NCBI GenBank assembly: GCA_030141605.1
Contig: JAQGDQ010000156.1
Location: 372,001 to 436,000, forward strand
Direction: 5' to 3'
DNA from: Tubiluchus corallicola
Taxonomy: Eukaryota > Animalia > Priapulida
Length of the DNA: 64,000 nucleotides
Below are positions 1-13,665 of this stretch, in pieces. The notes under the pieces are model-generated. The model searched no databases, was not told the DNA's origin, and saw nothing but the letters and a program-made list of their open reading frames with translations. The stretch's first letter is position 1. Every line of letters starts with the position of its first letter. The translations under genes and the position numbers were made by a program.

Positions 1-1474
1 TTTAATTATTTTTTCACGTATAAAATAATAATTATCGTATTAATGTTACTCAGTATTGCTGTAAGAGATGAGAGTGCATTAAATTTAATGTGCCTAGGGT
101 ATGCTTACATTTGAATTCCAGACACAGATGTCACCGAACTAAGTTGATAACTGTATACACTCTAAGCTTGTCTTGCTAGTATGTAATTCTCTTATCTTTT
201 GTAAATACGTGACCATTAAAAGTGTCCCATAGGGAAATGAGGCGATGTCACCGCTTGTTGTCTAGATTACTAAGTTGAACCTAGGTAATGGTTTGGCTCG
301 TTGCGATCTCTCATTGCAGTTGATTTGATTAAGTTGAAATGGCTGAAATGCTTAGTAGTGTTAAGCGATCGTAATTTGTATGCAGTAAGTGGTTAACTAA
401 GTTCAATGGCTCCCCGATGACCGTGTAAGACAATGGAGGCTGACTTCTTATCTCCATTTCACCTTTCTGTATTACTCTTTCGGTCATCCCCGCTTCTCGT
501 CGGAAGAAGGAGGGACGCCAAAAAGGATTTCCAGACTCACAAGGTGGAACTGTGGTGAAGTTTTTGTCCGCAGTGTTGAGAAGCACTTATAGCTCTTCTA
601 AAAAGTGTAGAAGCAAATCTAGTACCATGCTTGCACACTTGGCAGATCTGCTTGCTGTTCTAAGTAAGACTCCTCCTGTACGCTTTCTAAATCTATTAAA
701 TAAACCCTTTTTATTATATTTTAGGCTTGGTGTGCAAACATTGGTATCAATCCTGCACGAAATATAATCACTTACCACACATGTTTGCTGCCTAGTATGA
801 ATACGAGCACTATGATGTATAACACAAAAAAATCAACTGCATAATCATTATAATTTAAATTATGCCTGGGTGTTGTGGTCACTGCCTAACATACACTGAT
901 TAATTCTAAGATTCAAATGTAAAATCAATCTAAAAGCGAAAACTAAAAAACTCCCAGTGTCTTGCCTGTTTTAGCAGAATTAAGCTGTTTATGTAATCTT
1001 CTGCTGACAGTATTGTATAGATCGTATTTAATTATTGTTGTAGTTTTCATTATAACATAATTTTTCTTATTTTGCTCAATATAATAAATATGGCTTCTCT
1101 TGTTATTCTTTATTATCAAGTATGACAGTGTTTAGTTTCTTCTTCTTTGGTCAGCTCGTGCCATCGTCAGTTTTAGAGGATGCAAAAAATTTACCGTCAG
1201 GCGCTTGTCGCTGCTTGTTTTAAACTCATACATCATGTTTTTTGTTGCGACTGTGCTGCCGTCTCTTGTAATTAACGTCAATTATGTATCAGCGTCACAT
1301 GAAATTTGAAATGTATTTGCTTGTTAGATTTCATTATCTTTGTCTGCAGTTGCGTCACCTCATGATTCTGCTGTTTTTTAACATTTTTATCTTCTGTAAT
1401 AGGCTTCACTGGCAAATTGCTACAATTATGCTCGGGCTACTTACAGGGCCAAGTTTGCATACCAATAAATTGGA

Positions 1475-2120
1475 GTACTGGTTCGATAATAAAAATACCC
1501 TAACCTAAGTGCAAAATCACTAGCCAAAGTAAAGAGGACTACTGTTTCAAAATGAAAGTTCAACTAACCAGAGCAAAGTGGGCTACTGGTTCAATGTAAA
1601 AATTCACAAACCAGAGCAAAATGCACTACTGGTTCAAAGTAAAACACACTAACCAGAACAAAGTGCACTACTGGTTCAAAGCAAAACACACTAACCAGAG
1701 CAAAGTGCACTACTGGTTCAAAGCAAAAACACACTAACCAGAACAAAGTGCACTACTGGTTCAAAGTAAAAACACACTAACCAGAGCAAAGTGCACTACT
1801 GGTTCAAAGTAAAAACACACTAACCAGAGCAAAGTGCACTACTGGTTCAAAGTAAAAACACACTAACCAGAGCAAAGTGCACTACTGGTTCAAAGTAAAA
1901 ACACACTAACCAGAACAAAGTGCACTACTGGTTCAAAGTAAAAACACACTAACCAGAGCAAAGTGCACTACTGGTTCAAAGTAAAAACACACTAACCAGA
2001 ACAAAGTGCACTACTGGTTCAAAGTAAAAACACACTAACCAGAACAAAGTGCACTACTGGCTTAGTGTAAAAATTTCTCTAACAAGAACAAAAGTGGATT
2101 ACTGGTTCAAAGTGAAAACA
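1475..2120. repeat. Tandem array, 42-43-bp unit AACCAGAGCAAAGTGCACTACTGGTTCAAAGTAAAAACACACT, about 13-15 copies
   Basis: Near-identical core copies with degenerate edges; no spacers. Confidence 0.95.
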
Positions 2121-3309
2121 CAGATATACTGTGTGTGTGGGTTTACTAGCCATCTACATTTCTGGGTTCAGGTCACACTTGAGCTAACATTTCTAGCATT
2201 TCCAGTTTAAGCCTGCCCTAATCAACACAGATCAACTGTAACCTAATTAGCTGAAGGCTTCACTTAATACATTAATAGTTTTTCTCCTATACCACTCACG
2301 TTGTTGTTAGACGTGGATTTATCACAGCTTCCAGACGTCCTCACGTGTAATTAATCTCTCATTATCGGCCCAGCCTTTAATTACACCCCATCAATCTTTG
2401 AAAACTTCATTTTTGTGAATGGGGCTTTTCAGACTTCTTAGTTGGAATGTTGCGCAATGAGAAAACAGGAGGGATTCTTTGGCTGATAACTTCCAACAAT
2501 GGTTGCCAGGATTTCAGGAGGACGAGATTAATTTGACATGAAATTTTACCGAAGTTTAGCTCTCCAGCTCGGCTTTGTTCGCCTCTTGGATGTTTTATCT
2601 GTGCCCGCGTCAGCTCAGGATGGTTTTAAAAAGATTGATCTCTCTATACATTAGGGAAGAATAATCCATCGATACTTAATCCTAACTACGTGCTGAGATT
2701 TGGTATTGGATCTTCACTTAAGGTTTGCTTCAGCATCGGAAGTTTTTATCTTATCGGTGATTTACAGTCCATCTTGCGTATTTACTTCGAAACAGCTTCG
2801 TTCAGCATTTTTTGCATTAGTCTGTTTGTCTACTTGTTTGTCTTGGCTGTCTTCAGTCTTCTCTGGATTCACAGTCTGACTGTCACTTGCTGCACGGCCT
2901 GTTTTTTCCTTATGAAAGTTGAATCTGCGTGTATTTAAAGTTGTCTTCTATTTTTCCTATATCTTACGTCAGCTTAGTGTTTGTGATAATTGGCTACAGT
3001 TGAAATTCTACGATGTTGTTCAACTAATCAACTATCATTTTCTTCGCATGTTGTTTGCACTTTTTGTCACTAAAATGGAGTAAATGAAATTTAATTGCTA
3101 CTGACGTATAGGCTGCCATAAGATGTTGGAAATTAGCAAAAATTGGGTTAGACACGAATAACTTTGCCGATTTTGTCAGGTTGTCACAAAGTGCACTTGG
3201 TAAACAATGACTTGTGTGCGTTAATGGAAAGTAGACAAAATATGTTTTATAAATGCAAGCGGCTTTAAGATGGCAGGGGTTTTGGATGGCTATCTACCTT
3301 GCATTGTTA

Positions 3310-3601
3310 TGGTGCATTCAAACTACCGAGTTTTCTGTCACGAGTTTTCTCGCTGACAGCAAACTCGCAGGTGTGAACGCTTTGCGAGTTTTACTGTTGG
3401 CAGGTTATTGGAAACTCCGACAGTTACTGTGAGTTACTGTCTAGTGTGAATGCCTAGTTACTTTCGGCACTTCTCACAGTGAACAGAGAATGGGGTGTGA
3501 GCTCGCTCTTATTACTGGAGAATAACTTTCAGCAAGTTTCGTGTTTGGGAGTTACTTGGCGAGTTAACTTTATGAGAAAACTCGCTAGTCTGAACATGCT
3601 G
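3310..3601 (+). mobile_element. PIF/Harbinger-like (Tourist-type) MITE, copy 1
   Basis: TIRs about YRGYRYRTTCAGACTAGCGAGTTTTCT; TTA on both sides (3307-3309, 3602-3604); homologous copies elsewhere in the window. Confidence 0.85.
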
Positions 3602-4292
3602 TTAAGATGTAACGGTGGGTCACCCATCCATCCCCTAACTTGATATTTCAAACTTTTGTACAAAACCAGCAGCAAACGTGTGAAGTTTTCAGGTAATTTC
3701 TATGCATATGTCTAAGGAAATATTAAAATTTTCTTGCAAAAATTTTCGAATTGCCCAGTATCTGTCCACCAAGCACACAGTCGCATCCATATAAGAATTG
3801 CAGAGACTGTTAAATTGTGAAACGAAATAGAAGTACCAGGTAAGTTCAGGCCATTGATGGTACTTTTAAGGTCATTGGTGAACAAGGCCATTATGAAGAA
3901 AACAACTCATTTACACAAATAAAAGATACGCTTTATTTTACACTTGAGATAGATAATGTGGGTTAAAAAAAATTATTAACTCAGAAAAAAATCAGGTATA
4001 ATCTAACCTGTAAAAGTACAAACTAGTAAAGCATGTGAAAGCACAAATTAATAATATGAATAGCAAAAAGACCGATGTGCGGTATTTGCTGCTGCTGGGA
4101 AGCTGATGCAATCGAATTTTGATTCTTTGGCGGTTTGACTTGTAAGATTCATTGACCAAAATGTGACCTGACTGTTACAGTTTATGTGCACTGTTTTAGT
4201 CACGTACTCATGCACTTCATACTTTGCTTTTTTGAATGACACAGTGACACTGTAGATATGTATGTTCACAATACTATTAAGCTTTAGTATTA

Positions 4293-4471
4293 CGGCACAT
4301 TCAGACTAGAGTTTTCTCTCGCAAGTTAATACAGACAAGTGTTACGGCACGTTCAAACCAGAGCGTTTTCTCTCGCAAGTTCTCCGTGAGAGTTCTCGCA
4401 ATGAATAATGCTTGTCTGCAATAACTTGCGAAAGAACTTGTGAGAGAAAACTTACTAGTCTGAACACGCCG
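4293..4471. mobile_element. Short Harbinger-like MITE (4345-4471) preceded by an extra left terminus (4293-4327)
   Basis: TTA|CGGCAC(A/G)TTCA.AC twice on the left; AGAAAACTTACTAGTCTGAACACGCCG|TTT on the right. Confidence 0.8.
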
Positions 4472-6831
4472 TTTGACTAACACAAGTATGACGCTCCCAT
4501 AAATCCTATAACGTCTAGAAATCAAAATGTAAGACTCTGTTCTGTAATTATTATATCTTCCGCTTATGACGCATACTTCCGGCACAGTTTTATTAATTTC
4601 TAATTCATGTTGCATATATATATGTATATGTATGTGTGTGTGTCAGTCTATCGGGTATATGTTTATTGTAAATTTTTACTGCAACCATTTGCATTTCTGT
4701 TTTTTTCCTCAGTCATATGGGGATTAAATGACACGTCTATCTCAGTTGCCATTGAAGTTTAATGATCATGAACTGTGTCCTCTAACGTCCACTTTTCACT
4801 CGACTCTCATTTTGTCTCACTAATCACGTTTTCAGTGTTTGTCCTGGACTTGTGTCTGGCTTCATTGCGCCAGGTCACGTGGTGTAGAGTTGTCTTCTGG
4901 AATGTAGCTATCTAGCTTTGGTCATATCGACTCTCTGTCTGGCTTCTGATTGGTTGTTGGACTTTTCTTCTTTGCCTGACTGAAGCAAGGCGGGACGTAA
5001 GCTAGCGAGGTTGCAGTTTCACCCAAGTTTTAAAGTAATTTCTGCAGTTGATAGAAGAGAGTCTGGTTGATTTGGTGAACACGCGATTTTGATCTAAAGG
5101 TAACAAGTATAAAATTGTTGTTATGAGTAGGCGCAACGTTAAATTGGACGTGATAGTTCAAAATTATGCGTTTTAGGAGGAATAAAAAACTAAACAATTA
5201 ATTTTTGAAAATCTTTTAAAATTCTTATTCGCAATTATTGAATTTAGGTGAAATTTGTGATTTTGTGTGAAATTGAGCTTCATTTGGTAGTTAATAACGA
5301 TAGGTTCTGCAAATCTCACCTAACCAAAAACATTTTACACATGTTCACACTCCGCAAACACTCTCATTTATGGTTGTAGTGGTACTGGGATCTAGCTAAT
5401 TATCAAGAATAATTATCTAAGATAAGATACTGAATCAGCGGGTTGCAGTATGGCAGATGAAACTGCCCAGGAAGCATTTTGGTGCAAACCCATCCATTTA
5501 CTGTCAAGGCCTAATGTTGGTTAACTTTGATTACTAATCGTATGATGTGACAACTTGGCTATTCAATAAGAACTAAAATTCTTACATTAACATTAAGTGA
5601 AAATGATTCTTTGCGCTTTTATGATGAGTTTTTTAAGGCACTGTTTTTATTTTTTGCTAGAAAATCTTTAAAGTAATCTTTGTGGTTAGAATTATTTTCT
5701 GGAGTTTCGTGAAATTGCAGAAACTTATTGGTGTTTTGCTTTTGCTTTTCTTTGAACATATAAATTACAGTTTCTTTGGTTTTCTTTTTTGTTCAGGGAG
5801 GGTGATCGTATACTTACCATCTTTATGAAATTGAATTTTTTGCATGTTCACATGTACTTTTTACTAGAGAGTACATTTTTAACCGTTTACGTAGAAGCAT
5901 ATACATCAGTGTTGAAAATGTAGGCCATATTCAAAAATCAAAGTTAAAGTTTTTGTTGTTTAGCACATTGCTGCTTATTATTAATTAGGCTGTGGCTGCT
6001 ATAGAACATCTTTGACAATAAGTTCACAGTAATATGGTACCCTTGTTCTAACTGATAAACTGATATTGATGACATTACATTGACACAAAGTTACATTGAA
6101 TTTTATGACTAGAGAAAAGCAGCTACTACTTAAATTTATGAGCACAAACTGCTATTTGATTGTGACATACTGCTAGTGTGAGGTTCGCCTGCCCTTGGCA
6201 TTAATGCTAAAGGTGGAATTTTAAATCAGAAAATGAAGTATAAATCATAAGAAATGACTTAATGAACTTGTTTAATGTTGTAATGTGTTCAGCTGAAATT
6301 ATTTCTTTGAAGGAAAGTACATCTTGTTTGCATGTTATACTCTCTGAATCCCATAATATTCATGTTTAGCACTTTATTCAATTATTATTCACTACGTGGT
6401 ATAGCAATGTTTCTTTGCATTTAGTATTCTTATGTAGAAGTTTAAGAAAATGTTTTTAACAGTGTTATGAGTTGTAGTAGGTTACAAAAACACTTTGAAC
6501 AAAAACGGAGATGCATTTGCGGCATTACTTCTTTTTTATTGCCAGTGAACACAAAATAACAAAAACAAAACACCAGGGCTGTCATCCTGAGCAACCGACA
6601 TTACTGCCACTTCTATAACAACTAACTAACTAGGTTAAAATCAAGGTACAGAACACAGGTGAGAAGCCAACCAGTCACTTAAATTAGAATCAGCAGGCGG
6701 GGTCATAACTGCAGTCAACATATTTTGTGTCAACATATTCTATATATATATTAACAATTCAATTGCTCAGGAAGTCACATAAATATTTTATTATTACACA
6801 GGTACAAATGCAATGATGTGATGTTCGCCAC

Positions 6832-7172
6832 ATGACAAAGCCGGGAATTTCTGGCATGAATGGAAAAATGGCTCTCGGGACTTTCGGACGCCGACAGGCC
6901 GAGAGACCAGAAGAGACAGTCAAGTCTGTTGGATTTCCGAAATTTGATTTGTCCATGAAAGGCCGCTTTTCTAAAATGGACTGTCGCGAGGAGCCGTTTC
7001 ACTCTAAACTTTGCAGCTCATGTACAGCAAACAGCCCAGTTCTACCCCTAAAATGTCTCAGTCCGGTGCTGCATAACCGATGCTACAGCCCAGTGATTCC
7101 ACTCCGATGTTTCAGCCCGTTGGTATGCAAGAGGACCACCAGTACTCCTGAAAATCTCCGTACTTTATTGAG
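6832..7172 (+). CDS. MAST: Candidate first coding exon of a long MAST isoform (Cys/SP-repeat N-terminus)
   Basis: gccacATG context, acceptor ttacacag ending 6801, donor TTGAG|gtatgc (phase 2) matching exon 16611. The internal 27-nt repeats differ largely at synonymous positions in the S, P, V and C codons. Confidence 0.65.
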
Positions 7173-7631
7173 GTATGCTATTGTTCTTTAATATATCTTA
7201 GTTTTGCACGCTTTCTCTTTTTTGTAATTCTAGTACGCTTGACATCATAAAATTAGCACTAATAACAAAATAAGGTAGAAGAACAAGTGGCTTACAAAAA
7301 GTAAAAATGGAAAACTTTGGGTGTGCTTTGATATCTACCCTTTGTTTTCATTTCTCGGATTTATTAACAATGGACCTTACATGTCCATGCTAGGTCTCTA
7401 CATCCACGTTTTTTATATCGTCGTGACCTGGACACTGGCTATTTGTTTGTCGAAAAATTTTAATTTCATTCAAGATATGACTGATTTTTCGGCAGTTAAA
7501 TATCATTTCTGTAGTAAAAATTGTTTAAGCAGCGTAACAGCAGCAATGATACTGTTTCTGTTTCTAATTAGATGCAGATGCTTCTAGTAGTTAATAAATA
7601 AATTTCACAGGGCAAACTAAATGGTTAGAAT

Positions 7632-7810
7632 ATGAGAGGGAGAGGGGGTGAGTGAGAGAGAGAAAGAAAAAGAGTGGGAGAGAGAGATGTCAGAGAAAGA
7701 GGGAGAAAAAGGGCACAGAAATGGAGAAAGAGAAAGAGGGCAATGGAGTGAAAGCAAGAAGAGGGAGAAAAAGATAGAAAAAGAGAGGAGGGAGAGAAGT
7801 TTAGAAAAGG
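7632..7810. repeat. Purine-rich GA low-complexity tract
   Basis: Degenerate GA/GAA repeats; source of the Ser/Leu/Phe ORFs at 7617-7864. Confidence 0.85.
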
Positions 7811-10800
7811 ATTTGTAGTTGGGTGACATAAACACTGAGCATAGCGAACAAATCCAAAAGTCATTTTGCTAACTGTACTTAGTGGTCATTTAAGCTCATT
7901 TTTAGGAATCACAAATGGCAACGTATTATCATAAAAAAGACCAGGAGTTCATTTTCCACAGATTAAGCATTTTTGACTTTTGTTTATTGTTTTGGTGGAT
8001 GATGAGTCTGTAGCTTAGTTCTCAAGATTAGAATGTTTTTATCCGGGTGTTTCCCAAATCTGTTTGGGAACATGTCGTATTACTTCAAGCAAAGTCCTCT
8101 ACTAACTTTCTGCAAATGGACATTATAAGTTGTGGCGTAGAATTTAGGGACATCCCAATCTTGTTTATGTGAAAGGACATGTCAATGCATGCTATTCCTC
8201 CGGATTTTCCTGGTTGGCTTCTTGCTTTTTAAGGCCCTTTATGGTTACCTGATTTTTTTTGCAAAGCTCCAAATTTTCAGTTAACCTTGTGGTGAGGAGC
8301 AACGGGCCAGCCACTTGTTTTGCTGAGTGCTGAAAGGGTACAGATCAGGTACAATTCCTTCTTTATGCTCTGTCAGCATCATGAACCACTCTTCTTCTTC
8401 ATGTGCAGGTTACTCATGTGGCCCAAGTGTTCCATAATTAAGTCATAAATTGAGAATTGCTAACCAAAAAAACTAGCAAAACAAGTATATAAATATGATT
8501 AAAAATGCCAAATTTATTTACGTGAAAAGTTATATGTGTATTGTGTTCACATAGTGTGCTATTTTTGACCAATGGCTAGGCAGTATTTTTTATCCAAGAT
8601 CGAAGGTCAAAGCTCTGTTGCTCCATCTATTTATGTGTTTCCAATACAATAAAAAACAATAAAAACTGTTAGAAGATCTAAGTCTTGGGTGTAGAAATAA
8701 ACAGTACAAACCCGCAAACATGGGAATCATAGTGCCGTAGTTCGACAAAGCATTTTAAAGAAGATAAAAAGTGTGAAGACGTTCATCTCTTGATTCTACG
8801 TTAATTAAAATCTCTTAATTCTGCGAAGCAAACGAAGTTCGTCGAACTAAGAGACTGCTTAATTCCACGAAGAGATTACGCAATGTGCACACTTGCTTTG
8901 TTAAGTCGAGGATTTCTTTTTCTTCATCAGCATTCCGGCCGCGTGTATGCATGGATGTTTTAATTAACACTCACTAATGAAGCTCATCATGGCTAAATTA
9001 AATTATATTCTTCAAATTAAGTCACCGCATAAAATGCGGGAGTCCAAGCAAAAAAGATAATTTTATCTAAACAGCAAAGTTTCCATAAAGGATCTCAGTT
9101 ATTATAATTTAAAAAATGGTAAAATTTCATTTGGGGAGTCTTTAGACCTACTCTGTAGCTAAAATTTTTGACACGACACCTCGGTTTGCACATGAATGTT
9201 CCTTCACTTCCTACAATTTTAATAGTGTAGTTGCATGCGAATTTGTAAAAGTTATTCTTAAGTTCTTTAAATGTACAAAACTGCCAACTGGAAGGAAAAG
9301 TGGCGAGTTTTAACATGGTATATTAGCATGTTCATCTGCACTGTCAAACAAAACTCAATCAGCCGTTCATATACACCTATATATACTAATTTTAAAAACT
9401 TCATTATCAACAGTGTTTTCTCCTTAAAATAAAAGGTGACAACTGCTCCATCTGGTTTCTACTGATAGCCTAGTACGTGGGTGCACATACATATCAAAAT
9501 TTTTGTGATTGCCTCTAGATTGACTAGGGTAGGCTTAGAGTTGCTGATTCTATATATTAAGCAAATTCTGTCTGATTGCTCTGATCCACTGTAAATATTT
9601 GACCATAAATGCATAAAGCGTTGGACGTTTCTGGTGGAAAGAAATAGGATTTCTGGCAGTTATTGCCTATCGATATAAAGTGCAGCTCGTTTTCGCAGTT
9701 GCCTGTTTTCCAATGTAGATGGTGTTGTTTTTCACTAACTTCTGCATAAATATTTGCAATTTCTAAGCGGTACTAAAGTTAAGTTTTTATGCAAAATTTG
9801 ATGATTCCAAATTAATTAGTATAGAGCTAAGAATATTTAGTAAATTCATTATATTTGAAAACCTTTCTGGTTTCAAGGCATGTTTTTATGAGAAATCAGC
9901 CTTGAGTTTTATAGTTACATATATCAATATTTGTTCAGAATTTATGTAGGTTTTTATCCCACACGGCATTTCTCGTAATTATAAACCCTTCGTCTTTCAT
10001 CTTCGAATATATCTCAAAACCAAAAATTAACATTTCATGACAAGTTTCATCTTTCATCTTCACATACATCTTAGAACCAAAAATTAACATTTCTCAGCAT
10101 GTTTCATCTTTAATTATTATTATTTTGAACAATGAAAACAACAACTTATGGACATTTGCCACATAATTGCGAGCAAGAGGTTTTATACGTGGTGCTAGAG
10201 ACCCTTTCCTCTCATTCTGTACATTATATAAATCACTGCGGAAGCTTTCAATTCCTCGCATGTCGTCTTACTGAACGAGCTTCTGCATTACATCAGAACC
10301 GCATCAAACTCTGGCACCAGACAGACGGAAGGCAACATGACCAATTGAGCTTTATTGATTAGCCCATAACAGGCTATTATCATGTTATTACGCCGGGCAT
10401 GGGAATGCCAATTTTCACAGTAGACGATTTGACGAATTCGTTTTCGCCTGAGTTATTGTAAATGGATTTCTTTGTTATTAATTTTGTGAGAAGCGTGCGA
10501 GACCGGCGTCGGTGACTGCTTGCCAGTAGAGCATTGCAATGTATTCTTGACGATTTTTAAATGTACATTCTTCTTTGTTTTCAGCGAGAAGGAAGAGTTT
10601 TGCTGTTTTGGCAATATGGTGTCACAGTCGCGGTGTATTTTGATTTGGTGGATTTGAGGTATTAAACTGCCAGTAATTGCAGTTAAGAATTTCTGGACTA
10701 AGGAAACAGTTGAGATTTTCGCCTGTCTTTTGGCCCTTTTTAGTAATATATTGCAAATTAGAATTTCAAAAATAATTACTTTCGGCTGAGTATTAAGAAG

Positions 10801-12360
10801 TCCTGTGTGGACATGTGAATCAAGCATCAACTAGCTTTCTTTGAAATAAGTTGTTATGAACATCTCTTGAAATCCACCTGCTTCTTATAGTTGTACTATA
10901 GCAAAGACCAAGGACTTCAATCCTAAAGACACGTATCCTGCATCTTACGTGTCACTTTACAAAGGGAATCCCTTGGAAAGTGACAGGAATTTAGCAACAG
11001 ACAATTTCCACTAATGCGCAAATTATCCATTTGCGATTACAAATCAATTTCCGTTACACCCCTGATCCAATATCAATAAATGCCATGATTTTCATGTATC
11101 ACACACAACCTCGTGCCATTGCCTCGAAATCCCAATATCCATTTATACCATTTACTCACAAGTGGCCTGGCTTCTTTGCAGCAATCTTTTTTTTCTGAGT
11201 CCCCGCACGTCGTTTCCTTCGAGATTTATTCAGTTTGTGCGAATGTCATCAGTACTCGATTTTTTCCTGCTAACACGACTGATTACATCACTGATATGGA
11301 GATTAGCATTGATTGGCCGAACGCGATGAGTCACTGAATCGTAATGAGGAAGCCAGCGCTATCTTGTCTGATGCAGTTTAATAGGAATTCACATTTGCTA
11401 TAATGCGGTGTCTCAGCAGAATCGGACGTGGCAACTGTGCGCTTTTTTGAATAAGATTTCTCTTGGCTGTCACTTCAAAAGATAACTAGACATTAAGAAA
11501 CGATGATTATGATACTGTGGGATTGCCACATTTATCTTATTGTCTTCTCCTCTTAGTGCGGCAATACCAAAGCTCTCGTATGCTGTTTGCCACAGTACAA
11601 GCATTTATTTTTAAACGCACAGTAAAGAAAAATTGCAAAATGGCAAATCCAGATTGTCTTAGAGCCAGAAGTTTAAAAGCAGAGTTACAGGGTTAATTTC
11701 TGTAATCAGATTTCGTGACAGGATTTGGTAGCCCTTCTAAGTGCATAACAAGTTAAATGTGTATTTTTTTCTTTCATACATCTGACAACTTTTGTCGTGT
11801 GAGTTTCCGTTTTCCGTATAACAACTATAGCTTTTCCATTTTTATTAATAAGTATTCGACCCTTTCCATATTCTGCCTTTGCAAGACTGCCCAGTTTTTA
11901 CTGCACGTATTCATTTCAACATTTTATCACCTCTGAAGCCTGGAGAATCGTCGAAAAGCCAATTGTTATTGCCATTTCTTCCTGCTGTTGGGCATGTCCA
12001 ACCATTTCTCGTTCATGTTAGATGAATATATGGATTAAACCTGACAAATAACCTGATCGTTATACACGCATTTGGGGTGATTTATGTGCTGACAAATTTA
12101 ATCTCACTTGAATGATTAAGCCACCTTTGTGGTGGCGCCGGTGTTTTGTAGTTTGGCTACGTCTGTTTATTATGCGGCTTTTTCTTGTAAATAGCCAGCT
12201 GGGATCCAACATTTATTGTCAGGGTCTACTTAATGAAGATATTTGTGGCAAGACCAGAATCTAGCTAATGCCTTAAGCACTGTCTACACATCTGTATGCA
12301 CATCTTCCCTCAGTGAGATAAACAGCTACATTTCATGGCAGATAAGACTATCCAGAAACA

Positions 12361-12410
12361 GTTTTCTGGCAGTCATCCATCCATTTATTGACTAGGCTCA
12401 ACTTTGCTTA
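12361..12410 (-). pseudogene. 5S rRNA-derived fragment
   Basis: Reverse complement TAAGCAAAGTTGAGCCTAGTCAATAAATGGATGGATGACTGCC matches the 5S box A to box C region. Confidence 0.55.
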
Positions 12411-13638
12411 TATAGATATTATTGCATATTCTCTGTACTGCAGCCTCACGGCCCAAATGCTCTTACATTTGTTTACATGACATCCTCTTTGGCTCCTCTT
12501 TTTAACTTTTTTCATTTTTTTTCGTTTGCAGTGTGTTGCTAGTTTGAAAATAATTGATACAGAATTACTCGAATGTAAACAATGTAATTTTACAATCTAC
12601 CTGCACCACCTTTGACAAGGTATAAGGTTTTGTCTTGTTGATCATGCAGCTGAACAGAAATGAGGAATATTTCTCCCTCTTTATCTCGGTTCGTTGATTT
12701 TCTTCTCTGGCGAACTTTACAGCTAATAATTATCTTATTTACCCCGTCTCGCCACCCGGCGAATTGCAATCTCTGGCCGTCAACATTCGAGGCGAGTGCA
12801 ATTTACACTAGATATTGAATCTTTGTTCATCCGTTGCTTGGGACAAGACACATGCATATAGACATTGCAAAGCAATCCGAGCAATGCAACAGTACTCCCA
12901 CAGCTCTTGAAAAGACTCCATTGCTTCCTAAATATTGACCTACGGTCATGAATCGAAATCAAGTAGGGGTTTTGGTTACAATAGCTGGCATTGCAGATCT
13001 GCCTACTGAATAATGTAAGACTGTATGATACTTTAAAAACATTTCTGTATTTTTGATTCATCCTTACAGAGTGCGAATTTTACGACTGTTTTGTTAATTC
13101 GGTGCCATTCTTAAAACTTCTATGTCTATTCAGCCATCAGTTAAATTAGAGTAGTAATTGTTTTAGACCTGTGTACTCTCTTTATAGAATTAGAGATATT
13201 TCTGCTAGATTTTATGTTCATAGCTGTCAATTTCAATAATCTCATTTCACAGTATAAAATATCAACGCTCATATCTGGTAATCTGCAACATAGCTGCAAT
13301 CAGAATTTTCACACATTTCAGTTAGTGCACAGATATATTAAAGAGACCAAAAGATTCCACCTTAGAAATTAGTCATTTTGATTTTCAGTATTTTATTAGT
13401 TAAATTAGAAATTAGTGAGCTTACAGAATGTAATGCATTTTTTTATAATGTAATGTCCTCCTGTGCTTTATTGTTTATTTATATCTGTACATACTTTGTA
13501 ATCTTCATTGTATGTGTAAGCCTGGGATACAAGTCAATTCATTTAGACTGGCCATCTCAGGCTTAATGATATTAGATAAATAATTGTTTATAAAAAATAA
13601 CGTGAATTATGCATGAAATGTTTTAAAGTTGTTGTACA

Positions 13639-13665
13639 TAGACTAGACTAGACTAGACTAGACTA
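13639..13665. repeat. (TAGAC)5 microsatellite
   Basis: Seen directly. Confidence 0.9.

Noticed and set aside
433-767. GC-richer patch with ATG 433 and a phase-0 donor AAG|gtggaa at 543
   Set aside because: Could splice to 19017, but the donor is weak and the peptide is unrecognisable; not supportable.
1475-2120. Palindromic repeats resembling a CRISPR array (also 23325, 31015, 47785)
   Set aside because: Units are head-to-tail with no unique spacers, there are no cas genes, and the context is a eukaryotic intron.
12532-12619. Exon-like segment with good acceptor and donor
   Set aside because: Contains TGA in the frame required by the neighbouring exons; no other support.
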